NCBI RefSeq assembly: GCF_036321535.1
Contig: NC_087437.1
Location: 79,424,001 to 79,488,000, forward strand
Direction: 5' to 3'
Length of the DNA stretch: 64,000 nt
Origin: Camelus dromedarius
Lineage: Eukaryota
Made by a program: the position numbers and the translations under genes. Shown here piece after piece: positions 26,372 to 39,029 of the stretch; within the stretch, counting starts at the first letter, position 1; each line of letters starts with the position of its first letter. The notes under the pieces were generated by a model. The model saw nothing but the letters and a program-made list of their open reading frames with translations, did not search any database and was not told the DNA's origin.

Positions 26372-29300
26372 AAGTTCCAATTATAGGCAAGATGGTGAAC
26401 TAACATGAATAAGTCTTTTGTTCTAAGCACCTATAAGTACTGTATAAAATATAACAACAATAAAACAACCATAAAATGCATCACTCATCTCACCAATGAT
26501 AAGAAAGGGAATCTCCACTTGCCACAAACAAACAAAAAACCCCTAAAAATCAAAGTGGTTACCATTTAAACAAATATGTGCATTTTTCTGGTAGTCACTG
26601 ACCACAGTAGCCCAAGATCCTCTGTTTTAGTGCTTACCTGAAAGCAAGAGATCAAGCTATTGGTCTGCATAAAGGCAGAACTGCCAAGATCAGTGCACTT
26701 GGTGCAAGTGTGATTGCTAAATGTTCTGCCAAAGGCTAGGGCAGGTGGCAAGGAAGCTCTGGCTGCAGAAAGTACAGTCTCCTGGAAAATAAAAACTTTG
26801 ACCTATACTTTTTATAGGTTTGAGGGTTAAATTTATTTTCTCTAATTGGTTTAAGAAACCTTAAGCTAAGAAAGTAACATAAAATTTATTTATGAACTGT
26901 AGACATCACAAAGGTCAAGCAGACTTCAAACTGAGTGAACTTGCCATGTCTAGCTGGGGCTCAGTACCTCCTTAACAGAAAAGCTCCATTAACAGCAAGG
27001 TCAAACATAGACACACACAGAAACAATTCACAACGACTAAAACTCATGAGTAAAAGCAAACCAGAAGATCAATGTAACAAGCAATTCAGATAATAAAATA
27101 ACAAAATGAAAGACAGTGTTTTAAGTGATTAAATAAAGAAGAAATTTGGAGAAGCAACAGATAATAGTAAAATAATCTAAGAAAACATGTGAAAATGTAG
27201 TAAGGGGACTTAGAACAAACTCACAATAAATGTGTTGAAGTACACACAAGTGAAAAGAGAATATATAAATTGGAACAACATTAGATGAAATAATAAAGAA
27301 TGCATTTCAGAGAAGGAAAAATATGTAAAAGATTTAAGATTGGTTGGAAACCAATAGAGAATAGAATGGGAGGGTCCAGTAGAGATTTAAAAGTAAATTC
27401 TGGGTGCAAAGTATGTTAGAAATGGTGGAGAAGCAAGAGTCAAAGGAAAAATTTGGCTGAAAAATTTCTAGAAGTGATGAAAATGCAAATCCTCAGATTC
27501 AAAAACATTAAAAGTTTCTAGCAGAGTAAAATTTTAGACACTCAGAGTAAAAATATACAACATCAAAATAAAAAAATCTTGAAAGCAGTTAGAAAATACA
27601 GAATTTTTGTGAAAGAGCAACATTTATAAGGAAAGAAGAATTCTTAATATCAACAATACAGGTTAAAGTTCAGATAATAGTATAATTAAAAGAAGAAAAA
27701 ATTACAATGTTAAGACATGAGGGAGAATTTAGACTTAACATTCTAAAGGCTTTTTGCTGTTATTAGTGAAGAGAAAGAGATACCGGTTATCTTAAAATTA
27801 TATTATTATTATTACTTTTTATTTTAGGCATGTTAAGTATTTGGAGTAGTCCCTCAAAAAATAAAGGTAGGAAACAATATTTTCAAATAGGTAAAGCCAA
27901 GAAAGATAAGTGAAAATTTAACAATATAAGAAAGAGAAGGAAAAACAACACTCATAGAAAATGTATAATTAAAAAATCACACCAAGACTTACAAATTAAT
28001 CCATATACATCAGCAATCATCACACACACGGAAGTAAACTTAGTAAAGAACTAAGTTTAATTCATCATGTAAAAGACAAAAGATTTTAAGAAAAAACAGG
28101 TATATGTACTTTAAAAGAGATATACCTGAAGCAAAATAAAACAGAAAGGTAGAAAGTAAAGAGATGAAAAAGAAATATCTTTAAAAGCTAATCCAAAGAA
28201 AAACAATAGTGTATGAAACAGAATTTAAAGCAAAAATAAATTTTCAGGATAAAAATGTAGCTGAATAACAAAAAAAGACAAATACATTGATGATTCTATC
28301 ATTTATCAAACAATATGCCATGAAATGTATACTCTCAAACTATACAAAGCAAAGTATGACAGAATTATGATAAGAAATGGACAAATCCACTTCAATTGAA
28401 GATAAAAAATACATGTTTCTCAGTGACAGATGAAGCAGACCACAGGAACAGTCAAAATAAAAAATTACAAACTCCAAACTTTCTAATGGACACAATAAAA
28501 CATCTCGCACAATAGAGTACACCCTTTCCAAGAACACTAGAAACATTAACAAAAAGTTGCTAATGTAGTAAACCAAAACGGGAGGCTCAAAGATGCAAAT
28601 TAATATCATAGAGAGGACATTCTGTGACCCCAATGCAATGGCAAAAATATTATATCCAAGCCCTTTAATTTAGAAATATCAAAACTTGTTTTTATATAAC
28701 TAACTGGCAGTGGACATTAAGTTAAAATTTAATTGAAGTAAAATAAATAATTAGAAGTGAAGGAAAGTGGCAATATTATACATTACTATAGAGGAGACTA
28801 AATGAAACTTTGAGAAAAAGCTATATTGTCACAGCATATTTACATATTAGAAGGTTAAAAAAATACGTATATATAAAGAACGGTTTAAGCATTCAACTCC
28901 CACATCAGAAAAAAAAAAGGCAAATAATAAAAGTAAAGTGATGAATATAAGAAAAATAAGAGTTAGAACATATAAAATAGAAAACAAAGAAATCAAAGAC
29001 AGTATTGTCCAGATGATAATCTGCAAACTTAGGAGGAGTAATAGTCTATAATGTTGGCTACGTAAATAAAAAAAACCTTAGAAAATTAACAATGGGATTA
29101 AAAGGAAGAGTATAACTACAGATGGTGTGGGAAGAAATCATATAGACAACGTGATGCCCTTTGTAGTAAAAAGTTAAGCAAACGTTTATTAGAAAAATGC
29201 ACCTTAAAACATTTTTTTAAAATATAGTTGACTTCTGAATATAAAAGATAGCAAATTGGTAAGTAAAAATCTAACTACAAAGACATAGTTGTTTTTTAGA

Positions 29301-29600
29301 TGAATTCTATCAAACCTTCAAGAAACACACCGAATAGTATATTTGATGAATACAGATATATGTTACAAAGTATACAGACATTAATGGCATGAATATGCTT
29401 TGCTGTCAATATCTCTGAGAAGGAAAGAAGTACAGAGAGAGTAAAATTTTAACTCTATCTTAATGTTTTATTTCTTAAAGAGACATCTGCAAAATATGAA
29501 AATGTTAATATTTCTTTAATCTTTGTGTTGGGTGTATGAGTATATGCTTTGTTTTTCTGTAATTTTGTGTATTTTATTTAAATGGTAAATGTTTAAAAAT
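26372..29600 (+). mobile_element. Ancient, highly degenerate L1M element (5' end, ORF1/ORF2 debris, L1ME-like 3' end)
   Basis: ggcaagatggtg 5' motif; strong A-rich plus-strand skew; remnants ggctgaaaaatttctagaagtgatgaaa, tagagtacaccctttccaagaacac, tgaattctatcaaaccttcaagaaaca. Confidence 0.7.
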
Positions 29601-29779
29601 AGAAGGCGTAAGTGAACAGAGTGTGACTTATATGTCAACAAAGTGCTTGGGAGAATGTTGAGCAAGGCAAGGTAGTATAGTCTCCAAGGCTGAAAGCACT
29701 CATTTTTCCCCTTACATGGCTGACGAGCAGCTTAAACAAAAATACATTTTGCTAAGACCCATAGAGTAGTAATAGACCC

Positions 29780-30140
29780 AATACACAGAGAATATGTGGC
29801 TCAGAGAAGGGTAACTAATCTGCCCAGTTTCATACAATGGGTAATTGGTAGGAGAGGGGCTTGAACCCACATCAGTTTAACCCCAAAATGTGTGTCCTTT
29901 TCACTACAGCTTAGTAATTACCTAATGATGATAGTAGCCATTATAACACCACTAGGCACTGAATTAAGTCCTTTTACATGTAGTATCTCAATTAATTCTC
30001 GAAAGAATTGTTAGTTTTATTCTCCAATTTACCCATGACGAATTTGAGGTTCAGAGAAATCAAATAGAGCACCAGTGTGTGCCCCAGAACCACAAATAGA
30101 GCCAAGTTTGACCATAGCTAAGGCTTGTGATATTAAACAC
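29780..30140 (-). mobile_element. Two MIR fragments
   Basis: ggctcagagaagggtaactaatctgccc and gaatttgaggttcagagaaat, antisense MIR cores. Confidence 0.65.
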
Positions 30141-32253
30141 TCGATTGACTCTCTCCTAAAGTGACTTAGAATCTATTTTTTGGTGGGACAGAGCCAGATT
30201 TAATTTATCTGCCCTATATAAGGTACATCTACAAGAAGTCCTCTTGGAGCTTTCCACTGACAAGGGGGAAAAGTCTGCCTCTCTCCTTACTCCGCAAGAC
30301 CCCACAGCCAAGACCTCCTGTGCGTGGAAATGCTGTGCTTGCCCCTGACAAAGCAGGGCGTTTCATGTGAAGCCACTTAACCTTTCTCTGACTGCCCTTT
30401 ACCTCAGGCTCTACCACCTGACCCTGATTTACAGCTGGCAGAAACAGAGGCAGCTTTAAGTGGTGTTATGTTTTATTTCTTCACACAGATCTGTCTTGGT
30501 GTCAAGTGGAATGAACGTCGGATCCTGCTCCATCTGCAGACTCAAGGCGCTCAGGCTCTCTGGACACCAGTTTCCTCATCACTACCATGGACGTGAGTAG
30601 AGCCATTTCAGGCATATGAGGAGTCCACGGGAAACTGCAAATGATCATTCTAATGTTAGTTACTGTAATTTTAGAGGACAAAGATTTATTTGTATCTACT
30701 AATCTCCCTACAAGGAGAACTACAGTTTCTCCTCTGCCCCCTCCCCCACCCAGTGAAATTCTTATTTTTAAATAAAAGGGGGAGGGCAGAACTGATCAGT
30801 TCAGCACTTCAGTACTTGTCATTTCCATGTTCTATTTTACTAACCATCAGAAAATAAATTTCAAATTTTTAGTCTTTAGAGATACTGAATGAGAATGAGG
30901 CTGCACAACTGAAGAACAAGTTAGAAGCCACAGATGGAAAATAGTTACCTAGAAAAAAGTGGTTGACACCATGAAACAGAGAGGGTTGGGAGGGGAGAAG
31001 AGAGGAAAGAAGGGAGGGGAGAAGGGGAGCAGAGGGCAGGCTAGTGGAGAAAATCAGGAAAGGAATATAACCTTGGGTAGCCCATATCATTAATCATGTT
31101 GTTTTAGAAGGTGAAAGAATTTAAGAAGGTGGCAGAATTGAAGCAATCGGAAAGTTAAGAGAGTAAAAAGGGAATAATTGTATCAGTAATGTAGTATCAG
31201 TCTATCAACAGTTACCATTTGTTGAGGGTCTCATATGCACTGTGCTGCTTGCTGCATAGATTTAATTCATCATGAAAAGCTCCAAGTCCGGTTAATCAGA
31301 GATCAGTGGATTGGTACTGATTTATTCAGTTATGGATAGAGCAGTAGGGTCACATATTAATAAACCTCGCCCTGTGGGTGTGCTGAGACATCACAGGGGA
31401 GAGAATATGTGCTTTAAAGAGAGAAACAGTGAGGTATCAAAACAAAGAAATGGAGCAAATTTTTTTTTTAATTTAGGTCAAGTTTTATGGTAATTATATG
31501 GTTGATGTAGGTGAAATATAATCACAGATTCTACAGTTGTTTTCTAAGTGTTCATAAAGGAGCACTGACATAACTGTTACATGAATTTGTGGGTAATGGT
31601 GATCTATTATTAACTGTCCTGGTGACCCTCACAGATTAATCAACTCCAAACCTCAACATCCATTTGATATCTCCCATCTCTTTCTTTCTCCCTCTTTATC
31701 TCTCTCTTCCTCCATCCCCTGCCCTCTTGCTGACTTACATTCAGGAGTAGCTCTAAATAGCTATTGTCAACAGCATATTAAAACAAACAACTTTTAAACC
31801 AGATCCAGTAGAATAGATATTTTCATAAGCAGACAGGCACTTACCATGCTAATTTTCCTCTCCCAATTCTTATTAATCAGATGACCAGAAGATCATCCCT
31901 TTGAACTGTATTTCCCTTCCCCAAGTGGCTTCAGGCTATTAAACCTTCTCACAATAGAAGTTGTCTCAAAAAAAAGAAAAAAAAAGCTAAATCTGTATTG
32001 AATATGGTAGCACTTAAACCTTTTGTTGCTCTGACCATTGGCTAGGGTGGATAATGTGAACAAAGATCCAACACCAGTGGATGATGAAATCTTTAAATTC
32101 CCATGAAATAATGTAATTTAAAACTTGAGGAAACAGAAATTCTTGATTGGCTTTATTATATATGCCCTACAATTCCTTAACTAGAACCCCAACCAAGAAA
32201 ACGAAGGGCAGAAGTCAGTTTCTTCTGCTTTCAAGTAAAAAACCACACACACA

Positions 32254-32768
32254 AGTAACCAAACTCAGGTTCAGCTGCTCACCACTCAAAAGGCAATACT
32301 CAAGAGGCAGGTGGTGGTAGGAAGTTAAGTTGCTTTCATCAAAAAACCCTGCAATCTGGGGAGAAGGCGGACTTACACCCCAAAGCCAACTAGCAAGATT
32401 CTGCTCAGCTATGACAGCTTTTAAAGGGAAAAGAGGGGAAGCAATCTCAGTTAATCATTGAGGCAGAAGGTTAGGTTCTGCACCATTGTCCGTTGTGTGC
32501 AGGCTGGCTGACTCCTCACGATCTGTCTTCAAGTGTTATCTCATCTGTGTGGTCTGTCTGCAGGATTGCTCAGGGGGCTGCTGGGGGTAGAGAGCTAGTC
32601 AGCATTTAACTACTTAATTCTTCATTCCTACTACTTTTGCTCTAGGAAAAGAACCAACAGGTTAGGCACAGAACTGTGAATGCAAAGATTAAGCAAAAAA
32701 GGAGAGCTAATCCCAGTGCTTAGAGCAGAGCTGAGCTTTCTTCCTTGGGCATGATGGCTGGGATCACA
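32254..32768 (-). mobile_element. ERV1-class solo LTR (probably lineage-specific)
   Basis: GC-richer block gtaaccaaactcaggttcagctgctc...ttttaaaggg...gggatcaca with LTR-like termini; TSD not clear. Confidence 0.55.
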
Positions 32769-34135
32769 ACCCCCGAGAACGTTTATGAAGCAAAAAGAGC
32801 CCATGCACATGCTTTTATACCATTAGCTCCTTGTAAAACTCCAATCACTGAAAGCAAGGTTCCCAGGCAAGGGAACCAAGTACTGCCCTCAGGCTTGTCT
32901 CAACACTAGCATTTAGGATTTAAAAGAGTCTAACAGGGAAAAAAGTGAAGGACGGAAAATGAATTGTATACCTGTAAAGATAAGGAACGAGTCCATACCC
33001 ATACCTCTTCAAGCTTTGATTCATTCTCTTCATTGTGATCATTAATTCCTTTGAGAACTCAAAGCCCTATGTTTATGGTGCCTTAAATTATTCTTGCGTT
33101 TGGCCAATAAAGATTTGTAATTCTGATCTGTAAAGCTGAAAAGTACTGATGGGATGGAGCTGAAAGAGGGCAAATGTGTCCCCTCCTTCGGATTCTTAAC
33201 TAGATCTTGTGCAATTAAAGAGGATATGACTTTCTAAAAGACTTTTAAATAAATGATTAATCTACAATTTCTCTGAACCATTCCCACTCTTCTAAGAACC
33301 TTATGCTATTATGTCATGGTTGCTAAAACTTTCAACTCTAGGTACATTTCCACTTCTCAGAATTCAGTATTTCTCCTTGTCAGCCAGCTAGATATGCTAA
33401 ATGAACTATAAAGGTTAAAGATGGTTTTGTAATTTTTTCTCCTTTGGGCTGAGAGAAGAAGAAGTGAAACAGATAGAATTATGATCCCTCTCAGTTAATT
33501 TCTTTTCTCTATTTTAACAGTTGCCTGTGACGATCTTCCAGTGCTTCTGACAAACTGTGAAAGAAGTGGGATTTGGTGTCAAAGTATTAACTGCCAGAAG
33601 AACCTCTGAGAGCCGGAGTCCGTCAGGTAGAGGTTGTTTACAGTTGCTGGGTCTCATGAGGGTTCTCTTTGTCTTATGGCCACAGTGCAATGAAAGGCTA
33701 TGGGTTCCAGCCCAAAGCACCATGTTTGGTAATGTGACAGGCTGGAGGCAGTCTGAAATTCAAAAGCTGAGCCTGAGGCCAGTCCCTTTTCAATGAAGGT
33801 TTCTGCATTTTCAAAGAAGTAATATAAATGCGAGCATATGTGGAAGTTGGGATAATGCAGATGTGTTTGTGTCTGTACATGTGTGTTGGTCCAAGCAATT
33901 GAGAGTGAAGTGAGGAAAGACAGCAGCTGTAACACAAGAAATACAAGTTGACACTTTGGAAAATTTGAACTAGGGAATATAGAAGCAGCTTCAGATGTTT
34001 AGTAGTTTTGAGTTAGAAAGCAGAAGTGGCTTCCTTGCTGTCCTCCAGGAGATTTTGATGGGTGACAGAGAGAACAGAGGCTCCGGGCACAGTACTGAGA
34101 TCGAGATCCATGACACTGGTTGTTGCAAGTCTAGC

Positions 34136-35411
34136 AAAACACTGTAAGCATCTTTCCATGTGCCTATTGGCCATTTGTAGGTCTTCATTAGAGAATTGCT
34201 TGTGTAGATCTGCCCATTTTTGGATTGGGTTGTTTGGGGTTTTTTTTCTTATTAAGTTGTATGAGCTGTTTGTATAGTCTGGAAATTAAGCCCTGGTCAG
34301 TTGCATCATTTGCAAGTATTTTCTTCCTGTCCATAGGCTGTCTTTTTGTTTTGCTAATGGTTTCCTTTTGCTGTGCAAAAGCTTATAAACTTAATGAGGT
34401 CCGACTTTTGCTTTTATTTCTATTGCTTGGGTGGGTAGATTGACCTAGGAGAACATTCCTGAGATTTATGTCAGATAGTGTTTTGCCTATGTTTTCTTCT
34501 AAGAGGTTTATAGTGTCTTGTCTTACGTGTAAGTCTTTAAGCCATTTTGAGTTTATTATTTTGTATGAATGTTGTGTCAATTTCTAGTGTACAGCACATG
34601 CTTTAGTCATATAGGAACATACATATATTTGTTTTCATATTTTTTAACCATAAGTTACTACAAGATATTGAATATAGTTCCCTGTGCTATACAGTATAAA
34701 CTTGTTTATCTATTTTATATATAGTAGTTAGTATCTGCAAATCTCAAACTCCCAATTTATCCCTTCCCCTTCTGGTAACCATAAGTTTGTTTTCTATGTC
34801 TCTGAGTCTGTTTCTGATTTGTAAATAAGTTTGTCCTTTTTTTTAGATTCTACATATGAATGATATTATATGGTATTTTTCTTTCTCTTTCTGGCTTACT
34901 TCACTTAGAATGACACTCTCCAGGTCCATCCATGTTGCTGCAAATGGCATTATTTGATTCTTTTTTATGGCTGAGTAGTACTCCATTGTAGAAATATACC
35001 ACATCTTCTTTATCCAGTCATCTGTTGATGGACATTTAGGTTGCTTCCATGTCCTGGCTATTGTAAATAGTGCTTCTATGAACATTGGGGTATATGTACC
35101 TTTTCAAGTTAGAGTTCTCTCTGGATTTATGCCCAGGAGTGGGATTGCTAGATCATAAGGTAAGTCTATTTCTAGTCTTTTGAAGAATCTCCATACTGTT
35201 TTCCATAATGGCTGCACCAAACTGCATTCCCACCAGCAGTGTAGGAGGGTTTCCTTTTCTCCACAGCCTCTCCAGCATTTATTGTTTATAGACTTTTGAA
35301 TGATGATCATTCTGACTGGTGTGAGGTGGTACCTCATTATAGTTTTGATTTGTAACTAACTATATACTTTAATAAAAGTATATTTAGAAAAAGAAAAAAC
35401 ACTAGAAGCAT
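34136..35411 (+). mobile_element. Young L1 3' insertion with two inverted segments plus a short sense 3' tail
   Basis: TSD aaaacactgtaagcat (34136-34151) / aaaacactagaagcat (35396-35411), 14/16. Minus-strand ORF2 peptides at 34383-34580, 34843-35085 and 35104-35337. Sense 3' terminus ttgtaactaactatatactttaataaaa at 35350. Confidence 0.9.
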
Positions 35412-35984
35412 TGAACGCTGTTAAATTGAGACTCAAAAATCAAATGAAATGAATTATCGTTGATAGGATTTCAATGCAAACTCCACAGTCAGTACTAGAG
35501 TAACTGCTCTGGAGTAACACAAGAATGAGAATCTAAGGAAGTATAGTCAGGGAAGGAAAGAGAAGTTCAGAAGAGCAGTGGCTGTGAGCCTGTAGAAAAC
35601 ACGGCTTCCCATTCACAGCCTCTCCAACCTTAGTGCTGTCCCAGGCTGCATGCTGAAGGAAACTTTAAAAAATCTTGTGACAATTGATGTTCGTTTATTC
35701 TTTCATATGTCAACCTCAAAAACTATATTAGGCCACAATGAAGCAAAATCAGGATGAATTTTTTCTCATTCTCTCTTCTCAGAATTTTATTGAATATCCA
35801 TAGCAGTGTGGATTTTGTTTACTTTTTAATTGTAGGTGGATATGATTTTTCTAAGCTTTCTCAAGAAGAAGGTTGGGCACAGGCAGGTATTCAAGGTGAC
35901 ACCAAAGAAAATATGTAGGCTGTCCAGAGTCTGTAATGTGTATATAAAGATACAGATACACATGTAGTGATATATATATAAAAC

Positions 35985-36110
35985 TAATTTATTTTTCAGT
36001 GAATTGTAAATGATTTACATGTTGTGTCAGTTTCTGGGGTACAGCATAGTGATTCAGCTGTACATATATATTCCTTTTCATGTTCTTTATCATTATAGAT
36101 TATTACAGAG
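35985..36110 (-). mobile_element. Short L1 3'-terminal fragment
   Basis: gatttacatgttgtgtcagtttctggggtacagcatagtgattcag is the reverse complement of the 3'-UTR end seen at 59240-59280. Confidence 0.75.
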
Positions 36111-36530
36111 ATGTATCATTTTATACCTAAACTCTAATTTGCCTAATCTTATTACCTATGGTCAAGAATTAGAGTTCCATTTAGAGAAATGTTTCCTTCT
36201 TTGAAAGGCAACATACCATAAGTCATAGGTTGAAAATCGCAAGGTTTTAGACAAAAGACATTGGCTCTACCACCATTTCCTGGCTTTATGACTTTGGATA
36301 AACCATTTCAATTTTGTTTGTATTTTTTTTCTTTTCTCTTAATGGAGCATCAGAGTGCCTGTAAGATTTAAACAAAGTAATGTAGAGGCAATTTTAATGA
36401 GTGATAGAGCCAGTATTGAAGAATACTCACTACAGTAAAAATTAATATTAAATGCATATTACTTAAATTGTTCTCATTTTATAGTGCAGTATTAAATTAA
36501 GCAGTAACTAAGGAATATATAGTTTGTATT

Positions 36531-36586
36531 TAAAAATTCATATATAAGGAAATATTTATAAAAATTCATATATAAGGAAATATTTA
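36531..36586. repeat. Perfect 28-bp tandem duplication
   Basis: taaaaattcatatataaggaaatattta x2. Confidence 0.95.
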
Positions 36587-37322
36587 CCTAAAAAATCTTA
36601 TTAAATCCATCTGTCAGGGATCTTAATTATTAGGATCCAGGAATGAATTTATTATGTGGATATTGGTTTCCCCAGAATCACTGAGTGGTTCTCTAACCAT
36701 GATCAGAGTGGTGGTTCTACCCAGCCAAGCACTGTGATGCTTCATCCAGTATCTCTGTCACCTACCAAGTCTCAAACTCAGGAATACCTGGAGCATAAAA
36801 GGCGGCTTCAGTGATGACAAGCAAAATTAATAACTTCTTAATACACATAAGAGAGAGTATTTGCCATAATGTAGACCGTGTTTCTCATTTTTTAAAGATC
36901 CAATTCTTATTTGTGTACTAGTTATAATTTGTGATTGATAATCTATACTAAAATATTTTTTAAAATTGTCTAGTTCCATATAATTGCTTATAATTTAAGC
37001 ACAGCTTTCTCATTTATTAATAACTACTGAGGTTAGCTCTCTTCAATAGGCTGTGCAAGATGATGGTTGTATAAATTTACATTTGAACCTAGGAACCATG
37101 ATGCGTTGCAGCCTCATTGACTATTTCAGTGTTTCTCTTAGATGTTGTCATAATATATCTCTCTGGGTGCACTCATCAAATTCTGGAATAATAGGATCCT
37201 AAAATGATTCTGATGCAGTTGAGCATTCTCTAGTCTGTGTTTGAATGGACTCCTGCAATAGAGGAAGAATTTTTATTTATTTATTAGGTTGAAGCTGTAA
37301 ATATATTCTTCATTGAGTGAAG

Positions 37323-37447
37323 AAATGCAAATTCTTCTTGCTTCTGTGTAATACCACCAAATTCATGTAAGTCATAAAGATCTGTATCTCATGCTAAAGT
37401 GGGAAGAATTTAGTGGTATTACACAGAAACCAGAAGAATTTACATTT
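37323..37447. repeat. Inverted repeat, 42-bp arms (38/42) with 41-nt spacer
   Basis: aaatgcaaattcttcttgcttctgtgtaataccaccaaattc (37323-37364) pairs with gaatttagtggtattacacagaaaccagaagaatttacattt (37406-37447). Confidence 0.95.
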
Positions 37448-38755
37448 ATCAAATTTATGGCATTAAACTTATATTTGTGTATACATTTTTAAGGTGCTTT
37501 TCTTTGTCCTCTCTTTCAATATGAAGGTGGTGAGGGTTCAAAGGTTCCAAAAAACATTTTCATGTGGAATCTTAATGTTTCTATATTTTAATACCTGTTT
37601 TTATTGCCTCATGGAAGTAAAAAGCTACTATAGGAAAGAATAGCAAGAATTCAGTTACAGATCTATTCTGTTTAATGAAATTCTCTAGCTTGTCACTGTT
37701 TTCAAAGCATTTGTTCAGCATATCCTTTTAAAAAGATGACTTTCAAAGTTTAAACTGTGAATTCTTATACCTCTTTGAGTCTCTCAAATTTAGAAATACC
37801 GACTGGAAACAACTTACCTGAAATGTCTGGCACTTCCACCTTACTGACCACAGTTAATAAATACAAAATGTTAGTGGGGATAGAGAAGGTTGGGAGGCTT
37901 GCTTATCAGATGAAAAGACTTAGATAATAGAAACTGGGTCCATAAGAAATGAATGAATGTATTTTAAATAAGAACTCCATGTACAACTTCTACCAGTACA
38001 GTGAGTCTTAATACTTCAACCCTATGCATACTTGTGATTTAGTGAACCTCTAACGTAATTCTAGGTTCTCATCACAAAGGAGTTGCCAGGAGTATTGTAG
38101 AAGTTACCTTGGACTATCTTGTTTCTCAACTATGTGTCTACAACAATATATCCTATAACAAAAACAGAACTTTCTCAATCTTGTCTACGTTATCAAACTC
38201 CTAGAAAAACTGCTGGATTATTCAAGTAAAAATGCTTCTACTTTAATCTGTCTTGTTTGTTCTGCTCCTGTCTTGCTATAAGATAAATATTTACACTTTG
38301 AAGCCCTTCTATTTCACGGTCTTCCTTTGGTACCACAACAAAAAACGCTCTGTCCATAGGACCAACAGAGGAGAAAGCAATAGAAAAAGGGGGTATTAAA
38401 TACTGACAATGAACAAAAAGGCTTTACTAGGAGAAGGGAAAATAAACATTTGGTTTTGAATTGGATAGTGCTAAGAAATTAAATCTCCAACTATTTGGTA
38501 TTTCATTGTATCGTACACCGTTTGTCTTTCTCCACTTCAACTCAGATTCATAGGGCACAGAGCTGGAAAGAAAATAGAAATCCGTGACTGTGGAGTTAAT
38601 GCTCAGCAGATGTGGAGGTTTCACACTCTCCCTGGGAAGATGAGTAGAACAACTGTGTAAAGAATTTGAAACGACTCCAGCAAACAACTCCTCAGGCTGA
38701 ATCTTTGCCAGAGTTAAATCTACCAAACCACAAAGTTTTGATCCTATAGAAGATA

Positions 38756-38920
38756 GTGTGTGGCTGTAATATTTGGTCTTCATCCATGGTTTCCTGGCTC
38801 ATAGCTACCAAACCCTTGGAATTTCCTGAATGATAAGAGCATCTTTTAGTTTAATATTTTTGTCTTCAATTCCCAAAACTGCTCCAGAGCCATAAAGGTG
38901 AATAGGTGTTTTCCAAAAGT
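38756..38920 (+). mobile_element. MER21A-like LTR 5' fragment
   Basis: atatttggtcttc...ggtttcctggctcatagctaccaaacccttggaatttcctgaatgataagag. Confidence 0.65.
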
Positions 38921-39029
38921 CACTTCATTACATAAATCCAGTTGTGGTAGAAAGTGGCTTATTATAAATAACAAAACACCCAAAATATTCTCCTCATGTG
39001 CCTAACATCCTTAAGATTAATCCATTATT

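Noticed and set aside
33521..33626. Exon-like segment after a good acceptor (ttcttttctctattttaacAG)
   Set aside because: Stops in all three frames and a weak donor (GTAGAG); no further support.
36531..36586. 28-bp direct repeat as a possible CRISPR-like array
   Set aside because: Two adjacent copies with no spacer in mammalian DNA; a simple slippage duplication.
38427..38783. 118-aa minus-strand ORF
   Set aside because: It starts within an LTR fragment, has no recognisable domain or exon structure, and its length is compatible with chance.
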